From Lama guanicoe (taxonomy: Eukaryota), in the NCBI GenBank assembly GCA_013239625.1, contig MU053520.1, positions 1,269,103 to 1,333,102 of the forward strand: a stretch of 64,000 bases of DNA. Direction: 5' to 3'. Shown in pieces: positions 13,036-25,521 of this stretch. Positions within the stretch are counted from its first letter, which is position 1; every line of letters starts with the position of its first letter. The notes beneath the pieces are model-generated. The model searched no databases, was not told where the DNA came from, and saw only the letters and a program-made list of their open reading frames with translations. The position numbers and the translations under genes are program-made.

Positions 13036-14663
13036 TAGGAATGCTGGGCTGATCTTGCAGATTTCTTCAATTCCTTTCTGTCAGGAATTACAGTTCTGTG
13101 CTGCCTCGTGTCCAGTTTTCTCTTTTGTCACAATGTGAAGGCATTTCCATTACCTAGTACCAAGGAACAGAAGGTCCCCCATTTTTTTAATGGCCTTGAT
13201 TTTGAATCTATTTATTCTGGAGCATAAAACCTGAGCAGATATAAACATATCCTTCTTCCTCCACTCACAGACACATTTTTCATTTCCTTTTTATTTTTCT
13301 CCCATGCATTACATGACTATACCACTTAACATTCAAAAACGTTAAGCAGTAGCAAAGGTTTATTAAATAAATAGATAAATGAATAAATATATTCACACCA
13401 GACAGAATGATGAAGGCGAGGAAAACCATTCCGTTATTTTTTCCCAGCATTATAATTTGAAGAAGGTTCTTAACAATTTTCAACAGTTTATGGCTGCATT
13501 ATTAAATTGTCATAGAGTTTCATATGGAAATAATGGAACACAGGAAGAACTCAGAGTTGGAAGAGTGCATCTTAATAATGCCCCTGACTAAATGAATAAT
13601 CCTAGGAAATTCAACTCTATAAATTTAGTGTCTTCATTTAGAAAATGGAAAAAAAAAAAGTTTTGCCTCTTCTCACAGATTATGAATTCTACAATGTTCC
13701 GTTATGTAAAGGATCAAGTAAACCATAGTTTAGTAAGTATAATAATGTGATCATCAAATTTCACATGCTAACATACTTAGCAATTAATGTGCTCATTGCA
13801 TTATGAAAGAGAGAAATCCAATTTCTGATTTTTCCTCTATGAATGGCCAATCTAAAAATTCCCCAGATTTAGTTTTAAAAATCTAAATCGGGCAGATTAT
13901 CAGCATAGTTTTGTGAGAGCATAATAATAAAACATAAAGCAATGAAAGGTATTAATTTTAAGTATCTCCAAGGTACTCTGTGACTTATGACAAGCACCTA
14001 GTGATTAGTCCTTAGTTTTCTTGTCTTCAGAAGTTATAAAATAATATAGTCAAGAAGAAGTTCAAGGTCTTTTATGAAAGTTTCTAGAATGCTCCAAACA
14101 AGGCTTATAATAAAACTGATTTAGGGAGAATGAATCTGAGTAGACAGTCGAACGCAAATTAGGTCATAAAAAGAAAGTAGCTGCAGAAAACTTGAAGTCG
14201 CTTGTTAAACTAGAGAAAATCATTTCTTGAACTCAAACTTACGGATATGTGCCTTCAGGGTTTGCTTCTGGTTTTAATTGGAGAATTACTTTAAAATTGT
14301 TTCTGTTTCTCAACAGATCATATACTAAGAAACAAAATGAAATCAACCTTTCTTTACTACAAAAAGCATGAGGGAAACTTTCTGAGGCTGAGTTTTAAAA
14401 CAGTTCTAATGAATGTAATTATGTGAATAAAGCAGTTAGGCAGCATGCTAGTATAGAACGTCTCCGTCTCTCTCTCTATTCCCATACAGAGCACAAGTTC
14501 TCAAACCAAAAGTAAGAGAAACCACTGTCATCTCTCATGTTTCTTTCTCAACAAACTGATGTAACATTCATATTAATGCATTTAGTAAGTCAAGCATTCC
14601 ACTGGTATTCAGGAATCTTAATATCTAGACACAGCTGTGTATGTTTGTGTATGATCCAAGGAT

Positions 14664-15160
14664 TGCCAAAGAATTGCATTGGACAAGTTAAGTAGACACA
14701 AAAGACTTTTATTTAATACTGTTGTAGTGGATGTCAAGCCTATTGCAATAGGGGAAAGAAACTTATCTAAAATCCACTGAAACAGAAAGTGGAAAATTTT
14801 CACCGCTGTGGTGAGCTAGTGGGATGAGTAAGGGACAACAGTAAGGGAAAGGTTGGTCCATCTGTGTTTGCATTTGGCTCTTGTCAAAGTTAGGTTCTTA
14901 CCCTCTCCAGAGACTAAAAGAAAGACAGAGTATTATCTTTCTTAATGATTAAATTTCACAAGATGGCCGCAGGTCCCTGATAAAGACATTTCCGGTTGTA
15001 AAACTGTCAAGAGGCTGGAAGAAGATTCACATCTTAAAGGGGCAGAGAAATAAATGACAGTTGCAAGTTTTCTAAAGTAAAGGCACTAAGGAGAGGTCAG
15101 AGGTCTATGATCTGGAAGAAACCTGTCTGAAGTTTGATCAACTGCGGACATTAGATGTTA
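14664..15160 (-). mobile_element. Old ERV1 LTR, MER31/MER67-like
   Basis: tgccaaagaattgcattggacaagttaa...ctattgcaataggggaaaga...gattcacatcttaaaggggcagagaaa...gcaagttttctaaagtaa. Confidence 0.65.
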
Positions 15161-18100
15161 CTTATTATCTTTTTACATTGACCCTGTCATCTAGAAAGTT
15201 GGGGGGAAATATTGAAATATTGAATTTTCAAAAACTAAAAGGAAAAGAATTCAGACTTGATTAGCACTAACAAAAATAGTGTTCTGTGGGAGGCAGATCG
15301 AATAGGACCTATGAGTTATTTCATAAAAGATTAGTCCATCCTCTGCTAATTCACAACGCTTGTGTGAACATTCCAGGTGCTAAGGAGCCTCACAGCTTCA
15401 GTGAAACAAAATGAAGCAAAACAAAAACGCTTTGTTTAGCTTTTTCTTCAGCCAATATTTTTTGAAATGAATACCAAACTCTGCAGAATTTATCTTCCAA
15501 GGACCAGAATTTAGGGTAGGCTAATCTTCAAGTTATCTTTCAGTTCTAAAATTCTATGATTATATGTGTCTAATAATACAGCTATTCTATGTGACAAAAC
15601 AAATTCATTTCTGAGTTTTGTACATTCCTCAGTTCAGTGATGACTTTGCTATTTTTCCCCCAATTGACTCCTTAATATTTGTTATCTAAAATTTGTGAGC
15701 CTTCGTTTTGTATTTTAAGTACAATTGTCAAAGCTTGTTTTTGACTCTAGTACATACTGAACATGGGCTCACCACAGCTTTTTAAAATTCTCTGACAGGC
15801 TACTAGTATTCAAGGTTTTCTAAAAAATAATAATACCTACTTGCTCAATTATTACTTGTATCCTAGAACAGAGGAGGATTCCAGAGAAGTTCAGAAGGAA
15901 AAAAAAAAGATCCATGCTTAAAAAAAAAATCCTAAAGACGTTTATTAAGAAACATCTTTTTAATCTGTAATCCTTTGATGGTTTCTTGAGAAATTTACAA
16001 AAGAAAGATTAAAAGGAAGGGAAGGAAGAAGGGGGAAAGTGAAAGAAAGCTATGTGTATGCATTTATCTCCAGAGTCCTTATTTCACTAGATATATAAAC
16101 AAAATTCATAAGCTCCTATTTATCTTACTCTTTGAAGAATCCTGAGAGTTTAAGCCTTGTAAAATCCTCGGGCAGCAATTCTGCTTCAAATTTCTTCTTA
16201 ACTGTCGCATGGGGAGGGGCTATATACTGGGAGAACTTTATAAAACTTAGAAGGGCCACACGGCTGATGTGAGTTGGTAAATTTCTCTCATTGCAGGTAC
16301 AGACCCATAAGAGACTTCCTCTGAGTTGCGTAATTCCATTTTGGTCAATTAGTAACAGAGATTAATTTAAAAAGAAGACTGGCATTGGGTTTTCTTATAA
16401 ATAACATAACTACATTATTCTACCACAGAACAGAAGATATTGATGCAATGTTCTCCAAAGAAGGTAATAAATTAAGGTCAACAATACAGATGAAATCAAT
16501 GTCATATAATTATCAGCTCAGAAAATTAGATTGAAATATTTTTATAGTCTCCCAATTATTTAAGTATAGTAACAGTGCTGTTGAACACATCTGCTTTTGT
16601 GTCATATGTGCATTTAAGTTGGCGTATCTAAGATGAATGGGAAGCAAAATAATTTTCTACTATGGCTTACCTCTAAACAGTCAAGGAGGGCACAAGAGAA
16701 TGCCAGAGTACATTTTTCAACTAAAAGTTATTCAAATTTTAATCCTGAGTAACAGTTTTATGCTGTAATTGCAGGTGTCAGTATGACAGTTCTTAACTAT
16801 GAAAAGTGGATTTTGAGTTCCAAAGATGCAATTATAAATATAAACGTGTTAATTTTATAGTGGATACAGATGCTTTGGAGGGTCATAGCATATTTTAGAT
16901 GAAGCAAACAGATGTGTAAGTAATAACATACTTAATAAACGTGTTCATTTTCTTCTAAGTACACATATTTGATCATTTTATAGCTTTAGTCCTATCATGT
17001 ACACAAATTAACAAGTTCTATTGGAAAAAAAATGGATAATAATATAGCATGCCTAATGTTAGAGAACCGACCTTATCTACTGACAACTGGAATGTATTTT
17101 CTAAAACAATCAAGAAAGACAAAAGTAATTTTCTGTAAATCTTTTTGTTTCTAATCCATTATTCATTCTAAAGCCCATTTCATTTAATCTGTTATTTTCC
17201 TATAAGGGAAAAGCTGATTAATTATGTTATGCTACATAAGTTAGGGTATGCATATTCATAAGCCATCATGAATTATTTCTGAAATTGAAACAAGAAAACC
17301 TTTATCTTATAGGAAAGCAATTTAAAGTACTTGACACACCAGATAATAAATCAAACTGAAATTTTAGTCCCCACACAATTTGAAACACTGCAGTAAGAAG
17401 TAACACATAGCACTAGATTAGACTTCCAGAGTAAAAGAAACATTTTAAATATTAAAGTTGCTGTCTTAGATCATAAAACATCCTTATGTGTGAATGTACA
17501 GCACATTTTAAAAAGCTAAGCTGGTGGGTGATTTAAGGCACTTTCAGACAGCGTATTATCTTCTGACATACCTGCTTCCCGAAAACCTAGAAGGTTTTAT
17601 ATTTTTATGAAAGTGCCACTGAGAACCAAGAGGACTCCTCAGACTAGAAGGGTTTAAATTTACTCCAGCTTCACAGCAGAAATTAACAAATGATGTAGAC
17701 ACAATATCATTCTGCTGCATGCTCTATGCTCGCTTAATAATCAAGCAATATATAAAGTTGTCAGAAGTCAGGGAATTTCAAAAGAAAAAATATATATAAT
17801 TGAATTGAATGACCTGAAGAAAACATCCAACATGCAATATTCTGTGTGGAAAAAGCTCAAAGCTGTGCCCTAAGATTAATAATTTATATGAAGTAGTTAA
17901 GCCAGTGGTGTCCTAATGACTTCTTGACCTGAAAATGTATTTTTCTTTCTTTTTTATGTCTCAAGTATGTACAGAGCTGAATTTTTTAACCTGGAAAAAG
18001 TAGCTTTTATGGGAACACATACTACTTTGGGGAAAACTCTTAAGTTTATGGTTCTATTGACAACTGCATCTTAGTGGTGTTTTCTATAGTATTAATTGGC

Positions 18101-18499
18101 ACCATTTAGTATTTTTTGAACTGTTCCCAGGTCTTCTTTACACATGTTTGTATCCAGGTCTCCGTCTCAATTTTAAGGTATTTCCAGGGTGTAAATCATT
18201 TTGCCTATCTTATGCTGCTCCTTTTTTCTCTTTCTGACAAACCCTCTTCCCCTCAAACCTCCCACCATTTTAAAAGCAAAACAAAACAAACCTTGTTCAG
18301 AACTCTTCATGTCATGAAAGCTTATTCGTTTCTACTGGCTTCATCAAGCAGGGCTCCACTAAATATATGTATTTTGTATGAGCAATACATCCTATGAATG
18401 TAAGATTTTTTTTCATTTCATGAAAAGGGAACAAGATATGAGGAGTCAACTGAAATTAGCCAAACACAAAAATACCTTAAAATATGTTGAGAGGGATAA

Positions 18500-18700
18500 A
18501 AGTTCTGTCACTGGGTTCAGAATTGTGACATAAATTCTATTTGAGTCTTACCAGCTGTGAGGTCTTAGAGGACTTTAGTCACTAGGTTCTCACACCTTCA
18601 GCTCCATTATCTATTAAGTGATATACTGAGGCTTAGATGAGCTGATGTATATGGAGCAATTTATACAGTAAAGCCTTGTGAAATGTAAGGAAACATTATT
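18500..18700 (+). mobile_element. MIR SINE (degenerate)
   Basis: cttaccagctgtgaggtcttag...cttcagctccattatctattaagtg...gtgaaatgtaagg. Confidence 0.5.
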
Positions 18701-19045
18701 GTAAATCAGAATACATAATTGCTAAATGACAGCTGGGATATTTGAATCATCTTATCTCAATGCTAGATGCTGCCAACGTCAACACTGCTTTTTTCTAGGA
18801 ACTCAGAGCTAGCTAATGGAAAAGCATTAGATTCACAACATGAAAACACCTGTGAGCAGGAATGTGGCACCCCAGAAAGCCTTTAGGTTCTACCTAACTG
18901 GAAAATTTTTGTGCCACTGAATATCTCTAAACGCATAAGATTATGTCGTTCCCATTCTTTTTCCATTTTGATCCCACCCTAATGCATGGTTCTAAATCAG
19001 TCACCAGGGAAGCTGTAGTCCTCCCTCCAACCTCTGTTAGCTTCC

Positions 19046-19381
19046 TCAGTGGTCAAGGTTCTCAATTTTGAAGGTGCATATAAGCATCACCTGGAGAACT
19101 TGTTAAAGTGCAGACATTCTGATTCATTAGGTCTGAGGTGGACCTCAGATTCCGCATTTCTGATAAGCTCTCAGGTAATGAGGAAGATGCTAGTTTCAAA
19201 GGCAGAAGTCTTCCAGTCTGTCTGCATATTAGAATCACCCAGAATATTTAAACAGCCTTGTTTTCTAGGCTCCACTTCCCAGATAAACTGACTTAATTAG
19301 CCTGGGTCAAGTAAGGGCATTTTTTTCCCCCTTCAAAGCTCCCTGGCTGATTCTAATGTGCAGTAATTTTTGAGAACTAAC
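19046..19381. mobile_element. Two adjacent MER5-family (hAT-Charlie) MITEs
   Basis: cagtggtcaaggttctcaa...gcatcacctggagaacttgttaaagtgcagacattctgattcattaggtctgaggtgg; second copy tagaatcacccag...gctgattctaatgtgcag...tgagaact. Confidence 0.8.
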
Positions 19382-19882
19382 GGAGCTATGGCAAGTTGTC
19401 CACATCCCTAGGACTGGTTGGCAAATTCGTGTCTGTCTCATGCTTCCTCTACTTTAAAAGGATACTGTTTTAACATATAGATCTTAACATTTCTCTCTGT
19501 GTTTGCCACATTTCCTTTCTCTCCTTCAAGAAGACAGAATGCTCTGGGTTCATTACTTCAGGGGAAAGATGTGCAGAGAAGAAAGTAGAAATAGCCTGAA
19601 AGTCTTCAGGATTTTAATTTTCCCAAGCCTAAGCTTTTAGGAGAATATGAGAAGATCAGGAGGAGGTAACAAGAAGGCTATTCAGGCAATAGTGTGAGTG
19701 GTTCAACAGAATGAGGATCTGCAAAGTTTAGACAAGAAACAAAGAGGAGTCTGTTGATCCAGAGGTCTGAGAAGACCTTTTGGTCTTTCCTGGAAGTTCT
19801 GCTGTCAAGGTATTTTCTGAGTCAAGAGAGGCATATCTACTTTCTGCATCCAGCTTGACCAGACCATAGGCAAAATGATTCT

Positions 19883-19962
19883 TCTTTTTTAAGTTTTATT
19901 GAGTTAGTCAGTTTACAATGTTGTATCAATTTCCAGTGTACAGCACAATTTTTCAGTCATAC
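19883..19962 (-). mobile_element. Lineage-specific L1 extreme 3' end (~80 bp)
   Basis: Reverse complement reads gactgaaaaattgtgctgtacactggaaattgatacaacattgtaaactgactaactcaataaaa plus an A-rich tail. Confidence 0.9.
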
Positions 19963-21234
19963 TAAATGGATCAAAGACTTAAACATAAGACAAGATACAA
20001 TAAACCTCCTAGAAGAAAATATAGGCAAAACATTTCTCACTTACATCTCAAAAATGTTCTCCTAGGACAGTCTACTCAAGCAATAGAAATAAAAGCAAGC
20101 ATAACAAACGAGACCTAATTAAACTTACGAGCTTCTGCACAGCAAAGGAAACCATAAACAAAATGACAACCTACGGAATGGGAGAAAATTTTTGCAAATG
20201 ATGAAATTGACAAAGGCTTGATCTCCAGAATATATAAGCAGCCCATACGACTCAATAAGAAAAAAATAAACAACCCAATCCAAAAATGGGCAGAAGACCT
20301 AAACAAGCAATTCTCCAAGGAAGACATACAAATGATTAATAGGAACATGAAAAAATGCTCAATATCACTAATTATCAGAGAAATGTGAATCAGAACTACA
20401 ATGAGGTATCACCTCACACTGGTCAGAATGGCCATCATTCAAAAGTCCACAAATGACAAATGCTGGAGAGGCTATGGAGAAAAGGGAACCCTCCTACACT
20501 GCTGGTGGGAAGGCAGTTTGGTGCAGCCACTGTACAAAACAGTATGGAGATTCCTCAAAAGACTAGGAATAGATTTACCATTTGACCCAGTAATCCCACT
20601 CCTGGGCATATATTCAGAAGGAACCCTACTTCAGGATGACACCTGCACCCCAATGTTCATAGCAGCACCATTTACAATAGCTAAGACATGGAAACAGCCT
20701 AAATGTCCATCAACAGGTGACTGGATAAAGAAGAAGTGGTATATTTATACCATGGAATACTACTCAGCCATAAAAAAGACAGCATAACGCCATTTGCAGC
20801 AACATGGATGCTCCTGGAGAATGTCATTCTAAGTAAAGTAAGCCAGAAAGAGAAAGAAAAATAACAAATGAGATCACTTATATGTGGAATCTAAAAAGAA
20901 AAGAAAAAGACAAGAAAAAGACAAATGAACATAAATACAAGATAGAGACACTCATAGACATAGAATACAAACTTGTGGTTGCCAGAGTTGAGGAGGGTGG
21001 GAGGGGACAGCCTGGGAGTTTGAAATTTGTGGATACTGACAGCTATATATAGAATAGATAAGCAAGATTATATTGTACAGCACAGGGAAATATATACAAG
21101 ATCTTGTGGTAGCTCATGGTGAAGAAGTATGTGACAATGAATATATGTATGTTCATTATAACCGAAAAATTGTGCCCTACACTGGAATTTGACACAACAT
21201 TGTAAAATGACTATAACTCAATAAAAAAGAAAAT
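19963..21234 (+). mobile_element. Young 5'-truncated L1 (copy A): ORF2 C-terminus, 3' UTR, polyA signal
   Basis: ORF 20401-20787 ([15 protein letters not shown]...TWKQPKCPS...MEYYSAIKK) is L1 ORF2p C-terminus; AATAAA at 21220; no TSD found. Confidence 0.97.
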
Positions 21235-21239
21235 AATGG

Positions 21240-22100
21240 AAGATATATGTGTCTTATTATTACATTTAAAGAAGTAGTTCAAAGTTTCACCATTTAAATT
21301 ATCTTTCCTATCATTTTTCCTGCACAGAAACCCTTATTAAGGTTAAAAATCAAAAGTTTTTTTCTATTCCTAGTACAATAATTTTTATTAAATACTTTTT
21401 CTGTATCTATTTAGGCAAGCAAATTTTCTTGTTGACTTTTAACTGTTAATATGATGTTAATTTGAAAATAGATTTTCTAAGATTCAATGATCATAGTCCT
21501 TGGATAAATCTTGTTTGTCATAGTTTATGCATACATTTGATTTACTAATACTGCAATTAGGAATTTTACATCTGCATGTTTCATAAATATAATTGGTTTA
21601 CACTTTCCTTGCACTGCTTTTGATCAATTATGCTATTGATTTTCTATTCATTTAAAAAATTAATTGGATAATATTCTTTCCTTTTTATTCTCTGAAACAG
21701 TTATGGTAATAATTTTTTGTTACTTAACTGTTTATAAAACTTTCTTATCCTTTTGGGAAAGTCTTGGATTACTAATTCAATGATAATTGATTTACTTAGC
21801 CTTTCTACTTCTGCAGTTGATTTTGCCATTTTGACCCACTTCTAAATTTGCATATGTACTGTGCTAAAGTCATTTGTGGCATTCCCATTTAACTTAATAA
21901 AAAACAGTTTTCTTTACTGTGTACTCTAATTTCTAATTTTTAAAACACTTTCTGCTTTTTTTCTGGATTCATAGTCCTAAAACTTCTTTAATTAATTATC
22001 TCAAGTTACCAACTGGTTTTGTTGACAATCCCTTTGAATTCTGTAGACCCAAGCTTTTATTTAATTCTTTAACTGGTTCACAATTTTTCTTTTATTTTTT
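21240..22100 (-). mobile_element. Ancient L1ME ORF2 remnant
   Basis: T-rich; ttctattcctag, gatttactaatactgcaattaggaattttacatctgcatg, gatttacttagcctttctacttct. Confidence 0.6.
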
Positions 22101-23220
22101 GCCTTAAAAATATTTCCTTTTATTCATTTCTTTCTCACACCCTTCTCCTCCTTTCTCATTCTCATTTCATCATCTACCTGTCCTCTGAATTCAGAGCTAA
22201 AAAGTCATAAAGAGAGAAAAGACTGAAATAAAAGGAGAGAGTCCATCCTGTGTTTGTTCACACACCAACCCTGTCTTCATTTTGCCTTTGACTAGAAAGA
22301 TGTGGCCATTGACCTCCAGTTCTCGTATTTTTACTATTTCCCTTAACGTAAAGCTAATTAGTGACCTTGAGAGCAGAATCCCAAGAAACAGAAACATAGT
22401 AAGAGCTGATCACCAAAAATGCAAATGAAAGCATTTTTTTTGTTTGTTTGTTTTGGAGTTTTTTGCTTTTGTTTTTGTTTTTATTTTTACCTTTTGAGCC
22501 CATTCACAATGCATTTTTGATGGAGGCAAGAATTAATTATATGGATAGATATGAGCAATATATGCAAATAAACAAGACACTGTAATACTCTGTGGTGTTA
22601 TGACATAAATTAAGGTTGCATGAGGGTATATATAATGCATACCCCTCTCAATCTTGTATGTCTGGAAAGCAGAGTTTTTTCATGAATTTATTTTTTACAG
22701 ATTCTTATCTAAGTTACAAATTAACCCATTTGGTTAATTATTGATTTAATGTCTCCTCGAGCTGATAAAATTCACACTCTAAGTGGTTAGAAAGCTATTT
22801 CTGTCTTCTGTAACACTTTAATCCCTGAACTTAGTGTAGTATCTGACATTTCATAGATGTTCAACAAATGTGTTTAGATCGAAATCTGATTAATTTAATT
22901 CAAGCTCTCTAACACACCAAATATTTAGTTGAAAATATTTAGCAAATTGTTAAGAGATGTGCAAATACCAGGATGCTCTAAGTCATGAAATCGCACTAAC
23001 TATATGATCAGTGTAATTTTGTTTTCATAAAAAAATGGAAGGTTAGACATCAGATATCATTTAGTTGAATCCTCTGCACCCCTTATCTTTAGTACAAAGC
23101 AAGTTACATGAAAATGATTTGACTCATCTTCAATCACTGCTAGATATATCATATCCTTCCTAAAATAATACTTGTCTCTATACAAGAGTAAGACCTTTCT
23201 ACACTGAGAATAATCTTTCT

Positions 23221-23246
23221 CACACACACACACACACACACACACA
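23221..23246. repeat. (CA)13 microsatellite
   Basis: Read directly. Confidence 0.95.
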
Positions 23247-23412
23247 ATTATGATAACCTCCAAACCAGTTCTCAGATCCATTATAGAAGAACATAAATGA
23301 GAAAATTGAGGCCTTGTGTTATCCCAAATCATGGAGTTGGTTATGTTGTTCAAACTATGAATAACAGTAGTTTCCCTGGATCTCAAGTTTTTGAAATGTT
23401 TAACCTATTCTT

Positions 23413-24369
23413 TTTTTTTTTAACATTTTTTATTGACTTATAATCATTTTACAATGTTGTGTCAAATTCTAGTGTAGAGCACAATTTTTCAGTTATACAT
23501 GAATATATATAGATTCATTGTCACATTTTTTTCTCTGTGAGCTACCACAAGATCTTTATATATTTCCCTGTGCTATACAGTATAACCTTGTTTATCTATT
23601 CTACATTTTGAAATCCCAGTCTATCTCTTCCCACCCCCTGCTCCCTTGGCAACCAGAAGTTTGCATTTTATGTCTATGAGTCAGTCTCTGTTTTGTATTT
23701 ATGTTTTGTATTTATGATTTGTTTGTTTTTTTGTTTTTAGATTCCACATATGAGAGATCTCATATAGTATTTTTCTTTCTCTTTCTGGCTTACTTCACTT
23801 GGAATGACATTCTCCAGGAGCATCCATGTTGCTGCAAATGGTGTTATGCTGTCTTTTTTATGGCTGAGTAGTATTCCATGGTATAAATATACCACTTCTT
23901 CTTTATCCAGTCATCCGTTCATGGACATTTAGGCTGTTTCCATGTCTTAGCTATTGTAAATGGTGCTGCTATGAACATTGGGGTGCAGGTGTCTTTTTGA
24001 AGTAGGGTTCCTTCTGGATATATGCCCAGGAGTGGGATTACTGGGTCAAATGGTAAATCTATTCCTAGTCTTTTGAGGAATCTCCATACTGTTTTGTACA
24101 GTGGCTGCACCAAACTGCCTTCCCACCAGCAGTGTAGGAGGGTTCCCTTTTCTCCATAGCCTCTCCAGCATTTGTCATTTGTGGACTTTTGAATGATGGC
24201 CATTCTGACTAGTGTGAGGTGATACCTCATTGTAGTTCTGATTTGCATTTCTCTGATAATTAGTGATACTGAGCATTTTTTCATGTTCCTATTAATCATT
24301 TGTATGTTTTCCTTGGAGAATTGCTTGTTTAGGTCTTCTGCCCAATTTTGGATTGGGTTGTTTGTTTTT
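23413..24369 (-). mobile_element. Young 5'-truncated L1 (copy B) with perfect TSD
   Basis: Poly-T head and ORF2 C-terminal peptide in ORF 23919-24425; TSD gaaatgtttaacctattctt at 23393-23412 and 24370-24389; target reads TT/AAGA in L1 sense. Confidence 0.97.
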
Positions 24370-25289
24370 GAAATGTTTAACCTATTCTTAATAAGTGATT
24401 TTATTCTAATATAGCACAGAGTCAAATAATATAGCCAAAAAGTATATCATATGGGCCAGTTCATTTATTTGACTTAAACTATACACACTCAGTTTAACAT
24501 GGAAAAAAAAGGCAAAAAATAATCATTTGAATTGTGTTGGAAATTCTTCTCACTAGAACATCAATAAATATATTGCCTGAAACAAGTGTAACAGGAAAGG
24601 CTAATATCCTAGTTTCTTTGTTAGTGTCAATTACCCTGTCCTCTCATAATCGAAGCATTTTGCTGCACTAAATTGCATTTAAATATATGTCTTTTTCATA
24701 CAACATGGCCTTCAGCCAAATGCATCATTAAAAGTCCAAACAAAGAAACAGAAAAAAATTTCCCTAGTCGTGTAGGAAAAACTGCCTGTTCTGGGAACAT
24801 TTTAAGACAGACTGTTGAGCTCCATTGATGCACCTTCATAAAGTATCTTCAAGGGTAAGTTTTACATCGGATTTTTCAATTTACGAGATGCATTTAGAAC
24901 TAAAGTTCTGTGTAAATTCAACACCAAGAATGGATAGAAAACATGGGGATTTCCCTTGCTTGAATGGAAGGCTCTGTAAAGCAAGTGCCAAAGATATTTG
25001 GAGCCACTAAACAAAGGCATAAAAACACCCATATAAATGAAAGGTGTAAACCAAAGTAAGCCCTTTTCTATGGTTTATGTGTAAGTGTCTGTAAATTCTT
25101 TGGGAAAAAGTTACTAAAAAAGATGGCTGTCAATTATCCAATCTATGTAGTTAGTTATGGAAAAATTATAATATTTTTGGAAACTAATATTCTGAGAGAT
25201 TCAAATATTAATGACCCAAACAGAATCTCAGTTGGAATGCTGAATTGTGTTCTCTTTTTTGTCTTTTTGCTCATTCTCATGTTCCCTGG

Positions 25290-25482
25290 ACAGTAGTTTT
25301 CAAACTCTAGCATGACCCTGAGTCACCTGAGGGTGATTTCTGGGCCCCACCCATGAGCGTTCTGATTTTAAAAGTCTAGAGTTCCACCTGGCTTCCCAGG
25401 TAATTCTGGGAACTTTCAACAAATTCCCAGGTGATATTTCTGCTACTAATTTTAGGATCACTCTTAGGAGAACAACTGACTT
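25290..25482. mobile_element. MER5-family hAT MITE
   Basis: cagtagttttcaaactctagcatg...gagtcacctgagggtgatttctgggccccacc...aacaaattcccaggtgat...gagaacaactg. Confidence 0.75.
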
Positions 25483-25521
25483 AGAAGGATTCAGGCAAAC
25501 TCAGTTTCCACTGAATGTTAA

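Noticed and set aside
20401..20787. 128-aa ORF as a gene
   Set aside because: L1 ORF2 C-terminal fragment of copy A.
21234..23412. Inversion of the spacer between L1 copies A and B
   Set aside because: Copy B keeps matching TSDs on both sides, which a single crossover would have separated.
23919..24425. 168-aa ORF as a gene
   Set aside because: L1 ORF2 fragment read in frame from flanking DNA through the TSD; ends at a premature stop and has a broken zinc knuckle.
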